NCBI RefSeq assembly: GCF_042657365.1
Contig: NZ_JBHSKT010000002.1
Location: 454,034 to 518,033 of the forward strand
Length of the DNA: 64,000 bases
Direction: 5' to 3'
Source of the DNA: Adhaeribacter terreus
GTDB lineage: Bacteria; Bacteroidota; Bacteroidia; Cytophagales; Hymenobacteraceae
Of the stretch, positions 30,915 through 40,316 are shown one piece after another. The notes under the pieces were generated by a model that saw only the letters and a list, made by a program, of their open reading frames with translations, did no database searches and had not been told where the DNA came from. How positions within the stretch are numbered: the first letter of the stretch is position 1; each line of letters starts with the position of its first letter. The translations under genes were made by a program, and so were the position numbers.

Positions 30915-33086
30915 ATGATTGCACAATTATCCTGGACTATCGTTGGCATGCTGGCGGTAATACTTTTCGGCCTCATTGCCATCGTCGTAAAAATGTACCA
31001 GAAGGCCATTCAGGGCGAGGCGCTGGTACGAACCGGTTTCGGCGACGCCAAAGTTTCCTTTTCCGGCATCTTCGTAATACCCATCATCCACAAGCTGGAA
31101 GTAATGGACATTACCCTGAAAACCATCGTGATCTCGCGTACGGGTTCGGAAGGGTTGGTTTGTAAAGACAACATGCGCGCCGATATTAAAGTGAACTTCT
31201 TTTTGCGCGTAAACAAAACCCCGGAAGACGTCATGCAGGTGGCCCAAGCTATTGGCTGTAAACGTGCTTCAGACCAACACGCGCTGGAAGGTTTGTTCGA
31301 TGCGAAATTCTCCGAAGCCTTGAAAACGGTTGGTAAGCATTTTGAATTTGTGGACCTGTACCAAAGCCGCGACGAATTTAAACGCCAAATTTTGCAAGCC
31401 ATCGGCACCGATCTGAACGGCTATGTTTTAGACGACTGCGCAATAGATTATCTGGAGCAAACACCGCTTACCGCGCTAAACGAAAACAACATTCTGGATG
31501 CGGAAGGTATCAAGAAGATCATCGACCTCACGGCGCAGCAGAAAGTCCAGGCCAATTTAATTGAGCGCGAAAAGCAGAAAACCATTAAAAAGCAGGACGT
31601 TGAAGCGCAGGAAACCATTCTGGAACTGGAGCGCCAACTTGCCGAAAACGAAGAAAAGCAGAAGCGTGAAATTGCCAACATAAAATCGCGCGAAATGGCC
31701 GAAATGGAAAAAGTGCGTTACGAAGAACGCCTGAAAGCCGAAAAAGCCCGCATTGCCGCCGACGAAGAAATTAAAGTTGCCGAGCAGAATAAAGAACGTC
31801 AGATCCTGGTGGCTGAGAAAAGTAAACTGCGCACCGATGCCGTAGAAACCGAGCGCGTAGAGCAAGCCCGCATGCTGGAAGTAAATGAACGTGAGCGTAT
31901 TGTGGCCTTGGCCCAGATAGAAAAAGACAAAGCCCTGGAAGAAGAACGCAAGAATATTCAGGCCATTATCCGCGAGCGTGTGGTGGTTGAAAAAGCTACG
32001 GTAGAAGAGGAAGAGCGTATCAAAGATACCAAAGCTTTTGCCGAAGCAGAACGTACCAAATCAGTGGCCATTAAAAACGCCGAAAAGGAAGCCGAAGAAG
32101 CGCTGGTGAAAGAAATTAAGAGTGCCGAAGCTGCCCGTCAGGCCGCCGAGTTCAGAGCCAAGCAATTGCTCATCGATTCGGAAGCGGAACAAGCTTCTGC
32201 GAACAACCGAGCCCAGGCCATAAAAATGATGGCCGAAGCGGAAGCTGCTCAAGCCGCTGCTATCGGTTTATCGGAAGCACGTGTGATGGAAGCCAAAGCC
32301 GAAGCACATCAGAAAGAAGGCGAAGCCGAAGCCGTAGTGATTGAAATGCAGGCCGTTGCAACTGCCAAAGCCACCAAAGTAAAAGCCGAAGCGCAAGCCG
32401 AAGCCGACGAAAAAGTAGGAATGGTAGCGGCTAAGATTACGAAAGAAAAAGGTATTGCTGAAGCTGTTGTGGTGGAGAATTTAGCTGCTGCTACCGAGAA
32501 AAAAGGTCTGGCCGAAGCCCGCGTAATCGGCGAGAAATTTACTGTAGATGCGCAAGGAATTGAGCAGAAAGCCGAAGCTATGAAAAAACTGGACGGCGTT
32601 GGCAAAGAGCACGAGGAATTCAAACTGCGTCTGGACAAAGACAAGTCTATTGAACTGGCGCAGATCAACATTCAGAAAGACATTGCCGCCGCGCAGGCCG
32701 AAGTTATTTCCGAAGCCCTGAAAGCTGCGAAGATCGATATTGTGGGTGGCGAAACGATGTTCTTCGACCAGATCGTAGGCTCGATTACCAAAGGCAAGCA
32801 GGTAGATCGTCTGGTTGGGAATTCCGAGGTTTTAGGGTCTGTAAAAGATACGTTCTTCCACGTAAATGGCAACGGAGAAGTAGATTTCAAAATGAACCTG
32901 CAGCGCTTCATCAACCAGTTCGGCATGAACTCCGAAGATGTTCGCAACCTCAGCGTTTCCGCCTTATTGCTGAAGATGATGACCAATGCCGATGATTCTA
33001 CTAAAGCTGCTTTGAAACAATTAACTTCTACTGCAAACGCGATGGGAATTGCTGATAAAGCGGTACATAGTTTTGGTTTGAATTAG
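30915..33086 (+). CDS. Flotillin/SPFH (band-7) family protein, YqiK-like, with long Ala/Glu-rich coiled-coil extension
   Basis: N-terminal TM plus SPFH domain (GEALVRTGFGDAKVSF...KTIVISRTGSEGLVCKDNMRADIKVNFFLRV), then about 450 aa of EA-rich coiled coil. Confidence 0.8.
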   Translation: MIAQLSWTIVGMLAVILFGLIAIVVKMYQKAIQGEALVRTGFGDAKVSFSGIFVIPIIHKLEVMDITLKTIVISRTGSEGLVCKDNMRADIKVNFFLRVNKTPEDVMQVAQAIGCKRASDQHALEGLFDAKFSEALKTVGKHFEFVDLYQSRDEFKRQILQAIGTDLNGYVLDDCAIDYLEQTPLTALNENNILDAEGIKKIIDLTAQQKVQANLIEREKQKTIKKQDVEAQETILELERQLAENEEKQKREIANIKSREMAEMEKVRYEERLKAEKARIAADEEIKVAEQNKERQILVAEKSKLRTDAVETERVEQARMLEVNERERIVALAQIEKDKALEEERKNIQAIIRERVVVEKATVEEEERIKDTKAFAEAERTKSVAIKNAEKEAEEALVKEIKSAEAARQAAEFRAKQLLIDSEAEQASANNRAQAIKMMAEAEAAQAAAIGLSEARVMEAKAEAHQKEGEAEAVVIEMQAVATAKATKVKAEAQAEADEKVGMVAAKITKEKGIAEAVVVENLAAATEKKGLAEARVIGEKFTVDAQGIEQKAEAMKKLDGVGKEHEEFKLRLDKDKSIELAQINIQKDIAAAQAEVISEALKAAKIDIVGGETMFFDQIVGSITKGKQVDRLVGNSEVLGSVKDTFFHVNGNGEVDFKMNLQRFINQFGMNSEDVRNLSVSALLLKMMTNADDSTKAALKQLTSTANAMGIADKAVHSFGLN

Positions 33087-33108
33087 GATAGCGTTTTTGG
33101 TAACATGT

Positions 33109-33324
33109 AAACACCCCTCCGGCTCCCCTCAAGGGGAGAGTATCGACTAATGTAAATAACCACCCCCAACACCTCCTTGAAAAGGAGGGGAGCTGGAAAA
33201 TGCTAAGTTCTTTTGTTTGCTTTTTTATAGCTGACTGCAGAAAACGGTATGCTTTTTCGCTCAAAAAGTCTGCTAAAAACAGTGAACCAAAAGCTCCCCT
33301 CCTTAACAAGGTGGGGTAGGGTGG
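33109..33324. repeat. Cluster of GC-rich hairpin repeats (one unit of main family plus inverted pair of a related unit)
   Basis: 33109-33144 is AAACACCCCTCCGGCTCCCCTCAAGGGGAGAG. 33160-33196 and 33292-33324 are mutually inverted (CCACCC..CCTCCTTGAAAAGGAGGGGAGCT). Confidence 0.65.
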
Positions 33325-33354
33325 TTGATTTTCAATTGCTTAAATATTTCTTAA

Positions 33355-33780
33355 ATGTCCACTTTCCGCTATAGTATCTGCGATCCATTCTCTCCGGAAA
33401 TTATTGAAAAAGGATCAATTGATAAGGCAGGCTTTTTAAAGGTTTTCCATGAATTTCCCTGGGAAGAAATGTTGCACCAAATGGAAGAAGCTGAAAACTC
33501 GGTTTCCGGGAAGGATATTCACTATTCGCCTTCTTTGGAAGTTGAGAACAGAAGCAATAAAAATGGACTGTCCATTTCAGTTGTAGATGGGAAAGATGAA
33601 CCGGAATTTTACATCTTTTATAAACGGCCTGAAATTAGAAAATACCTCTTCGGATTCATTCAGAAAATGGATGAAAACTTTGTGTCGGATAGAACAAGCC
33701 AAACCAAAGCAGATGCGCTGGCTGCCATTAATGCGCTGTTTGACAATGATCTTGCCCTACTGAAAAGCCGTTGGGGTTAA
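33355..33780 (+). CDS. Hypothetical protein (141 aa)
   Basis: Clean ORF immediately upstream of the giant ATPase; no recognisable motif. Confidence 0.4.
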   Translation: MSTFRYSICDPFSPEIIEKGSIDKAGFLKVFHEFPWEEMLHQMEEAENSVSGKDIHYSPSLEVENRSNKNGLSISVVDGKDEPEFYIFYKRPEIRKYLFGFIQKMDENFVSDRTSQTKADALAAINALFDNDLALLKSRWG

Positions 33781-33839
33781 TTCCTCATTTCCGCTTTTAC
33801 TTTGACTTTTTACCCTAAATACCCTATCGTTTTTACCTT

Positions 33840-36800
33840 ATGAATACCAACTCAACTGCGGCAGAAACAACAACTTCCAACGTGCAACTGGAAAGCGGAA
33901 CTTACGAAATTCTGCGGGGACGTTTGCAGGAGAACAGCCGGGAATTGCAGCAGCGCATGGAGCAACTGAACCAGGAACGGAAGCATGTTTTCGGGGCCAT
34001 TGAAACGGCGCTGTTGGGTACTGAACGGATCACGACGGAAAACAACTGCATTCCCTGGGATATGGTGCCGGTTGGTTCTTCGTTTTTGTTTGGTTACAAC
34101 GTGGTGATCGGGTTGAAAAGTGAGATCGAATTGGCGGACGTTTTCAGCGTGTATGGGTATGCGGACCGCACGTTTCATCCGAAGGGTTTGGAGCTGATAA
34201 ACGATACCGTTTTTGCCGAAGATTTTAAGAAGCTTTACAAGTATTACAAAAATACTCAGTTCGTAAAATTCGCCATAACCGGTACCAATTTGTTCATGGT
34301 TTTCCGGATCGGGAAGGGGGTGAACGATATTAAAACGTTTAAGTGGGTTATTAACGGCGATTCTATAACTTACCTGGATAACCGCAGCGACCACGAGTTT
34401 GTTTACCCCACGCAGCATGATTTTTCCTGGAAACGGCCCACGCGGGAGGCACACCGGAAAGGCAAGTATCCGCACGTTTCCATTGAAGATAAAGTGTTCG
34501 TGGAAACCGTTGGCGGCGACCTGACCATTAAAATTGAAGACAATACCGAAAGCGGCCAGGGAATTTATTCCGAAGAAGTAGAAGATAAAGACCAGACCCT
34601 GGACGACTCCGAGATTTATTACGCCATTATCGGCAACATTATTATTCTGAAGATCCGGCCGTACCGCGAAAACAAGTACCGCTACATCGTTTACAATTCT
34701 AAAATGCACACGGCCCGGCGCATCGATGCGCTGGAAGAATGCTGCATTATGCTGCCCGATAACCAAGGCATTATTTACGCTTACGGCTACTACCTGCAGA
34801 CCGGCGATTTCAAGCAGTTCGAGAACAACCTTCGGGACATGATCTTTGAAAAACGGATCGCATCTCCGAACGGGGAGGATTTCCTGTACGTGTTCTACAA
34901 CAAGGAAGCCGGAACCTACCTGCTGCTGTCGTACAACCTGATCAGCCAGAAGATCGAAAATCCGATCGTTTGCCACGGGTACGCCATTTTCGAGAACGGC
35001 GAATTATGCTTTTTCCGGGCCGATAACGAACCGAAGAAAAACCACGCCATTCAGGTGTGGCAAACGCCTTACGTGAGTCCGGATTATACCTTGCCGGTTA
35101 CGCAGGAATCGTATGTGTACAAGATCGGCAACAAAGATATTGTGCGGGCCATGGCCGAAAGTACCGAGCTGCTTACGCTGCTGAACAAAGACGATTCTTA
35201 CAGCAATTTGTACCTCGACCTGATCAAACGTACCACCGATATTCTGGATGGTTATCACTGGCTTTCGAAGGAGGAAATTTTTAATCTGGCGCAACCGTTG
35301 GTCGCGATCCGGCAAACGGCTACGGCGGCGGTAGATGAATTTGAAAAGGTTGTCAGCATCCGAAAGAATACCGAAAAGCAAATAAACCTGGTACTCGACA
35401 AAGCGGAAGCGCTGGTGCAAAGCATTAAAATTCAGAAGGCGGCCGAGATCAATACGTTTGTGAAATACCTGGCGGAATTGCGTGCCTTGCGCGGCGAAGT
35501 AATTTCGCTGAAAGAATTGCGTTACGCGGACTTGGAAAAAGTGGCAACCTGCGAAAATAAGTTGGCGGAAACCACGCAGGAAGTTTCGAATAATTGCGTG
35601 ATTTTCCTGCTGAAACAAGACGCGCTGCAGCCTTATGAAGTGAGAGTAAAAAACCTGGAAAACGGTATCGAATTGGCGCAAAAAGTCGTGGAGATCGATG
35701 CGACGGAGAAGGAAATAAATGCGGTATCGGCGGAACTGGAAATGTTGATCGAAGTGGTTAGCAACCTGAAGATCGAGGATGCCACTCAAACTACCAGCAT
35801 TATCGATGCTATTTCAGCCATTTATTCCGGATTTAACCAAACCAAAGCGGCGCTGAAACGGAAGAAAAAAGCGCTGCTGAGCGTAGAAGGAAAAGCCGAA
35901 TTCAGCGCGCAGCTAAAGCTTATCAGCCAGGGTGTGATCAATTTCCTGGACCTCTGCGATACGCCGCAAAAGTGCGAAGAATACCTGGCCCGTTTAATGG
36001 TGCAGCTGGAAGAACTGGAAGGTAAGTTTCCGGATTTCGAAGAATTTGTGGACCAGATCAGCGTGAAGCGGGAGGAAATTTACAACACCTTCGAAACCAA
36101 AAAAGTAAGCCTGCAGGAAGCCCGCAACAAACGCGCTAACAGCCTGCAGCAATCCGCCGACCGGATATTGAAAGTGGTGCAAAGTCGGGTAGCCAAACTT
36201 ACCTCCGTAAACGAGATAAACGGCTATTTTGCATCGGATCTGATGATCGAAAAGGTGCGGAACATTACCGAAGAATTGCTGCAGTTGGGCGATCCGGTAA
36301 AAGCCGATACCATTCAGAGCCGCCTGAAAACGGTGCGGGAAGATGCAGTTCGGCAGTTGAAAGACCGGCAGGAATTATTCGTGAACGGCACCGATATTTT
36401 AAAGCTGGGCGACCATCATTTTACCGTAAACACGCAGCCGCTGGCGCTCAGCATTGTGAACAAGGAAGGCGAAATGTTCTTCCACCTCACCGGCACCAAC
36501 TTCTTCGAAAAAATTACAGACCAGGAATTCTTAAGTTACCGTGAAGTTTGGGAACAGACTTTTGTGTCGGAAAATGATACCGTTTACCGCGGCGAATATC
36601 TGGCTTATAAAGTGCTGGAAGCAGCCAAAGCGAAGCTGGAAAAAAACGTTGCCGCCACCGACGATTTTTTGGATTTAACCATCGAAGAGCTGTACCGCTT
36701 GAGCTTGGCGGAGCTGACGGATTACGTGCAAAAGTTCATGGCAACGCGCTTCAACGAAGGTTACGTGAAAGGCGTGCACGACCATGACGCTGCACTTATT

Positions 36801-38783
36801 TTACAAGCTATGGTGCGCTTAACCAAAACCGCCGATCTGTTGCGTTTCGATGCAAATGCCCGGGCTTGTGCCGCTTTGTACTGGCAAGCCTTCGCGCCGG
36901 CAAACCGCAAAAATGATCTTAACCACCAGCTAAAAGGCGTAGGCGCAATTCTACAGGTTTTCCCGAACACGCACCAGTTCGATGCCATTAAAACGGACCT
37001 GGAAGAGGAACTGAAAACCTTCATTTCCGAAACCAGTTTATGCGAAGGTGTGGACACCACGGATGCTGCGGCTTACTTGTTTTATGAACTCACCCGCGGC
37101 GATCATTTCGTCATCGATCTGGAGGCTGCCACACTTTACAATGCTTTCCTGGATTTCCTGAGAAACAATAAAGTGCAGGCAACTTACGAGGCTTCGGTGA
37201 AAGCGCTGGAGCAAAATCCGGCTTTGCAGTTTGCGCTGGTTCAGAATTGGGTGAAGGCTTTTGCGGGGCAATCGGAGCAGGCAGATAAAGGCGATTATGT
37301 GGCCGAAGCGGCGGTGCTTTTATTCACGCATGCCTACCAGCCGGACCGGGTAATTTCGGTTTCGTTGCGGGAAAAACTTTCCGGCTTCCGGGGTTCGCAT
37401 TCTTTAATTGAGGAGCAAAATTATCAGTTGCATTTCAATTCGTATATGAACCGGCTGCGGCATTACGAAGCTACGGTTGTGCCGGCTTTTAACCGTTTTT
37501 CGGAGCTGAAAAAGCAACTGACGCACCAGTTTGAAGAAGAGCTGCGCCTGAACGAATTCAAGCCGCGGGTACTGTCTTCTTTCGTAAGGAATAAATTGCT
37601 GGATCAGGTTTATTTGCCGTTGATCGGAGCGAACTTAGCCAAACAGATCGGCACGGCCGGCGAAAATAAACGCACCGACCTGATGGGAATGTTGCTCCTT
37701 ATTTCGCCGCCAGGCTACGGTAAAACCACCATTATGGAATACCTGGCAAACCGTTTGGGCATTATTTTTATGAAGATCAACGGTCCTGCGTTGGGGCACC
37801 AGGTTACGGCTTTAGACCCAGCCGAAGCGCCGAATGCAGCCGCCCGCGAAGAGCTGGAAAAACTAAACCTGGCCTTCGAAATGGGCGACAACGTGATGAT
37901 CTACCTGGATGATATTCAGCACTGTAACCCGGAGTTTTTGCAGAAATTCATTTCGCTTTGCGATGCTCAGAGGAAGATAGAAGGCGTTTACAAAGGCAAA
38001 AGTAAAACCTACGATTTCCGGGGTAAAAAAGTGTGCGTGGTGATGGCCGGAAACCCCTATACTGAAACCGGCGAAAAATTCCGCATCCCGGATATGCTGG
38101 CCAACCGCGCCGATATTTACAATCTCGGCGACATCATAGGTAATACGGAAGCAGCCTTCAAATTAAGTTACCTGGAAAATGCGCTGACCTCGAACAAAGT
38201 GCTGGCAAACCTGGCTTCTAAAAGTCAGCAGGATGTTTATGCGCTGGTTAAACTCACGGAAAGCGGAAGCCAGGAAGGTATTTCATTTGAAGGCAATCAT
38301 TCGCCGGAAGAACTGAACGAATACACTTCGGTGCTGAAGAAATTGCTGCGCATCCGGGACATTATTTTGCGGGTAAATCTGGAATATATCCGTTCTGCGG
38401 CGCAGGCCGAAGAATACCGTACTGAACCGCCGTTCAAGTTACAAGGCTCTTACCGTAACATGAACAAGCTCACCGAAAAAGTAATGCCGATCATGAACGA
38501 CGAAGAACTGCAAACCTTGATCTTGTCGCATTACGAAGGGGAGGCTCAAACATTAACGTCCGGCGCCGAAGCGAATATGCTGAAATTCAGAGAGCTAAAC
38601 GGTATGCTTTCGGAGGTAGAAAGTCAGCGTTGGGATGCTATTAAGGCTACTTACGTAAAGAATCTGAAACGCAAAGGCTTTGGGGAGAATAACCAGGTAG
38701 GGCAGGTGCTGGAGCAGATGGAGCAAATTTCTGGTGGGTTGATGGGGATTAAGGATGTGTTGGGGCGGTTTAGCCAGCAGTAA
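33840..38783 (+). CDS. Giant (1647 aa) protein with C-terminal dynein/midasin-type AAA+ (AAA_5) ATPase domain
   Basis: Walker A LLISPPGYGKTT (~37704-37730), Walker B VMIYLDDIQH, and VCVVMAGNPYTETGEKFRIPDMLANRADIYNL, the AAA_5 sensor/Arg region. The first ~1250 aa have no recognised domain. Confidence 0.8.
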   Translation: MNTNSTAAETTTSNVQLESGTYEILRGRLQENSRELQQRMEQLNQERKHVFGAIETALLGTERITTENNCIPWDMVPVGSSFLFGYNVVIGLKSEIELADVFSVYGYADRTFHPKGLELINDTVFAEDFKKLYKYYKNTQFVKFAITGTNLFMVFRIGKGVNDIKTFKWVINGDSITYLDNRSDHEFVYPTQHDFSWKRPTREAHRKGKYPHVSIEDKVFVETVGGDLTIKIEDNTESGQGIYSEEVEDKDQTLDDSEIYYAIIGNIIILKIRPYRENKYRYIVYNSKMHTARRIDALEECCIMLPDNQGIIYAYGYYLQTGDFKQFENNLRDMIFEKRIASPNGEDFLYVFYNKEAGTYLLLSYNLISQKIENPIVCHGYAIFENGELCFFRADNEPKKNHAIQVWQTPYVSPDYTLPVTQESYVYKIGNKDIVRAMAESTELLTLLNKDDSYSNLYLDLIKRTTDILDGYHWLSKEEIFNLAQPLVAIRQTATAAVDEFEKVVSIRKNTEKQINLVLDKAEALVQSIKIQKAAEINTFVKYLAELRALRGEVISLKELRYADLEKVATCENKLAETTQEVSNNCVIFLLKQDALQPYEVRVKNLENGIELAQKVVEIDATEKEINAVSAELEMLIEVVSNLKIEDATQTTSIIDAISAIYSGFNQTKAALKRKKKALLSVEGKAEFSAQLKLISQGVINFLDLCDTPQKCEEYLARLMVQLEELEGKFPDFEEFVDQISVKREEIYNTFETKKVSLQEARNKRANSLQQSADRILKVVQSRVAKLTSVNEINGYFASDLMIEKVRNITEELLQLGDPVKADTIQSRLKTVREDAVRQLKDRQELFVNGTDILKLGDHHFTVNTQPLALSIVNKEGEMFFHLTGTNFFEKITDQEFLSYREVWEQTFVSENDTVYRGEYLAYKVLEAAKAKLEKNVAATDDFLDLTIEELYRLSLAELTDYVQKFMATRFNEGYVKGVHDHDAALILQAMVRLTKTADLLRFDANARACAALYWQAFAPANRKNDLNHQLKGVGAILQVFPNTHQFDAIKTDLEEELKTFISETSLCEGVDTTDAAAYLFYELTRGDHFVIDLEAATLYNAFLDFLRNNKVQATYEASVKALEQNPALQFALVQNWVKAFAGQSEQADKGDYVAEAAVLLFTHAYQPDRVISVSLREKLSGFRGSHSLIEEQNYQLHFNSYMNRLRHYEATVVPAFNRFSELKKQLTHQFEEELRLNEFKPRVLSSFVRNKLLDQVYLPLIGANLAKQIGTAGENKRTDLMGMLLLISPPGYGKTTIMEYLANRLGIIFMKINGPALGHQVTALDPAEAPNAAAREELEKLNLAFEMGDNVMIYLDDIQHCNPEFLQKFISLCDAQRKIEGVYKGKSKTYDFRGKKVCVVMAGNPYTETGEKFRIPDMLANRADIYNLGDIIGNTEAAFKLSYLENALTSNKVLANLASKSQQDVYALVKLTESGSQEGISFEGNHSPEELNEYTSVLKKLLRIRDIILRVNLEYIRSAAQAEEYRTEPPFKLQGSYRNMNKLTEKVMPIMNDEELQTLILSHYEGEAQTLTSGAEANMLKFRELNGMLSEVESQRWDAIKATYVKNLKRKGFGENNQVGQVLEQMEQISGGLMGIKDVLGRFSQQ

Positions 38784-38807
38784 TTTTTGCGTCAAGGTTT
38801 AGAAATT

Positions 38808-38842
38808 GAAAGCCTGCAACAGCTCTGTTGCAGGCTTTTTTT
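38808..38842 (+). terminator. Rho-independent terminator after giant ATPase gene
   Basis: AAAGCCTGCAACAGctcTGTTGCAGGCTTTTTTT. Confidence 0.65.
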
Positions 38843-39058
38843 AATCCTGTTTCAACAATTATATGTTCAGATTTTCGCTGTAATTTTTGATTTTGCCTAA
38901 CTTGGTTTTTTCGTTGGAAAAGTTGAACCAAGAATTTTTTTTTCAGCGGATAACTACGTAGTGTATTCCTGCCGACTGTCGCCAATCAGCTTATTGCTTT
39001 CGAAATAATTTATTAATTTGGAGTTCGTTAAAGGAGCATGAAAAACGTAATTGGAGGC

Positions 39059-39562
39059 ATGAAACAAAGCTGGTTAAAACTGTTTTTGCTGAGTTTAATT
39101 TTCCTTTCCGGAAGTCTTTTTGTCCGGGCGCAGGAGGTGAAGGTTATAAAATTTGCCGAATTGCAGGCTTTGCGAAACAATCCTTCGGATACTTTATTTG
39201 TGATGAATTTCTGGGCTACCTGGTGCAAGCCCTGTGTGAAAGAGTTGCCTTATTTTGAAGCTATCAATACAAAATATAAAGGCCAGCCGGTAAAAGTAAT
39301 GCTGGTAAGCATGGATTCTAAAAAGGACTTGCAGACCAAAGTGCTGCCATTTGTAAAAAAGCGAAACCTGAGATCGGACCTGTACCTGCTCGACGAACCC
39401 GATGCCAATTCCTGGATCGATAAACTGGAACTGAAATGGTCGGGGGCGATTCCGGCAACTATTTTTTTCAATAACCAAAAGCAGCTTTACCGGTTTGAAG
39501 AAAAGGAATTTCATGAAGCCGAACTCTACGGCCTGGTCGATGAATTGAATGCTAAAAAATAA
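39059..39562 (+). CDS. TlpA/ResA-like thiol-disulfide oxidoreductase (thioredoxin fold)
   Basis: Signal peptide and WATWCKPC. Confidence 0.7.
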   Translation: MKQSWLKLFLLSLIFLSGSLFVRAQEVKVIKFAELQALRNNPSDTLFVMNFWATWCKPCVKELPYFEAINTKYKGQPVKVMLVSMDSKKDLQTKVLPFVKKRNLRSDLYLLDEPDANSWIDKLELKWSGAIPATIFFNNQKQLYRFEEKEFHEAELYGLVDELNAKK

Positions 39563-39570
39563 ATGAACCT

Positions 39571-40200
39571 ATGAAAAGATCACTTTCTTTAATTTATGTA
39601 GCCTGTCTGGCCGTAATTGGTTTGCTGGTTGCTGCCCGTCCTGCCGAAAACGAAGGCTACAGAGTGGGCGACACCGCCATTGATTTTAAGCTGAAAAACG
39701 TGGACGGCAAAATGGTATCGCTGGTGGATAATAAAAAAGCGAAGGGCTTTATTGTTACGTTCACCTGCAATACTTGTCCGTATTCGGTGGCTTATGAAGA
39801 CCGCATTATTGCGCTGCAGAGAAAGTATGAACCGCAGGGGTACCCGGTAGTGGCCATCAACCCGAACGATGTAACCGTTTCTCCGAAAGACTCTTTTAAG
39901 GATATGCAGAAGCGGGCTAAAGAAAAGAAATTCAACTTTGCTTACCTGCAGGACGAAACCCAGGAAATTACCAAAGCTTACGGCGCTACCCGCACCCCGC
40001 ATATGTACGTGCTGCAAAAACAACCCGATAATTCTTTGAAAGTAATGTACATCGGCGCCATAGATGATAATTCGCGGGAACCGGAGAACGTGCAGAAAAA
40101 GTACCTTGAAAATGCTCTGGATGAACTGATTGCCGGTAAGGAAATTTCGCAATCGGCAACCAAAGCCATTGGCTGCACCATTAAGTGGAAACAGAGTTAA
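39571..40200 (+). CDS. Thioredoxin-fold (redoxin-like) protein
   Basis: Signal peptide and FTCNTCPYS. Confidence 0.65.
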   Translation: MKRSLSLIYVACLAVIGLLVAARPAENEGYRVGDTAIDFKLKNVDGKMVSLVDNKKAKGFIVTFTCNTCPYSVAYEDRIIALQRKYEPQGYPVVAINPNDVTVSPKDSFKDMQKRAKEKKFNFAYLQDETQEITKAYGATRTPHMYVLQKQPDNSLKVMYIGAIDDNSREPENVQKKYLENALDELIAGKEISQSATKAIGCTIKWKQS

Positions 40201-40217
40201 GTTTTTCAAGTTATGCT

Positions 40218-40255
40218 AAAAAAGGGAAGCTCGTAAGCAAGCTTCCCTTTTTTAT
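40218..40255 (+). terminator. Rho-independent terminator
   Basis: AAAAAGGGAAGCTcgtaAGCAAGCTTCCCTTTTTTATT. Confidence 0.6.
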
Positions 40256-40316
40256 TTAAAAATGCTACCGTTTTCGGAAGTTGAGTGGGTAATACCGTTC
40301 ACAAAACGAGTATTAG

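Noticed and set aside
31560-32560. Apparent repetitiveness (GCCGAAGC / GAAGCG recurring) that could be mistaken for a tandem DNA repeat or CRISPR-like array
   Set aside because: It is codon-level repetition from an Ala/Glu/Lys-rich coiled coil. There is no regular unit or spacer structure. No CRISPR array is present anywhere in the window.
31010-32986. Multiple minus-strand ORFs of 77-132 aa across the flotillin gene
   Set aside because: They arise from the GAA/GCC-rich repetitive codon usage of the EA-rich coiled-coil region. The forward SPFH/flotillin ORF is clearly real.
33852-35789. Long antisense ORFs (374 aa and 261 aa, minus strand) inside the giant ATPase gene
   Set aside because: Their translations are low-complexity (F/V/N/Q-rich) with no motifs, and they lie wholly within a continuous, motif-bearing forward ORF. 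They are typical antisense artefacts of a long gene.
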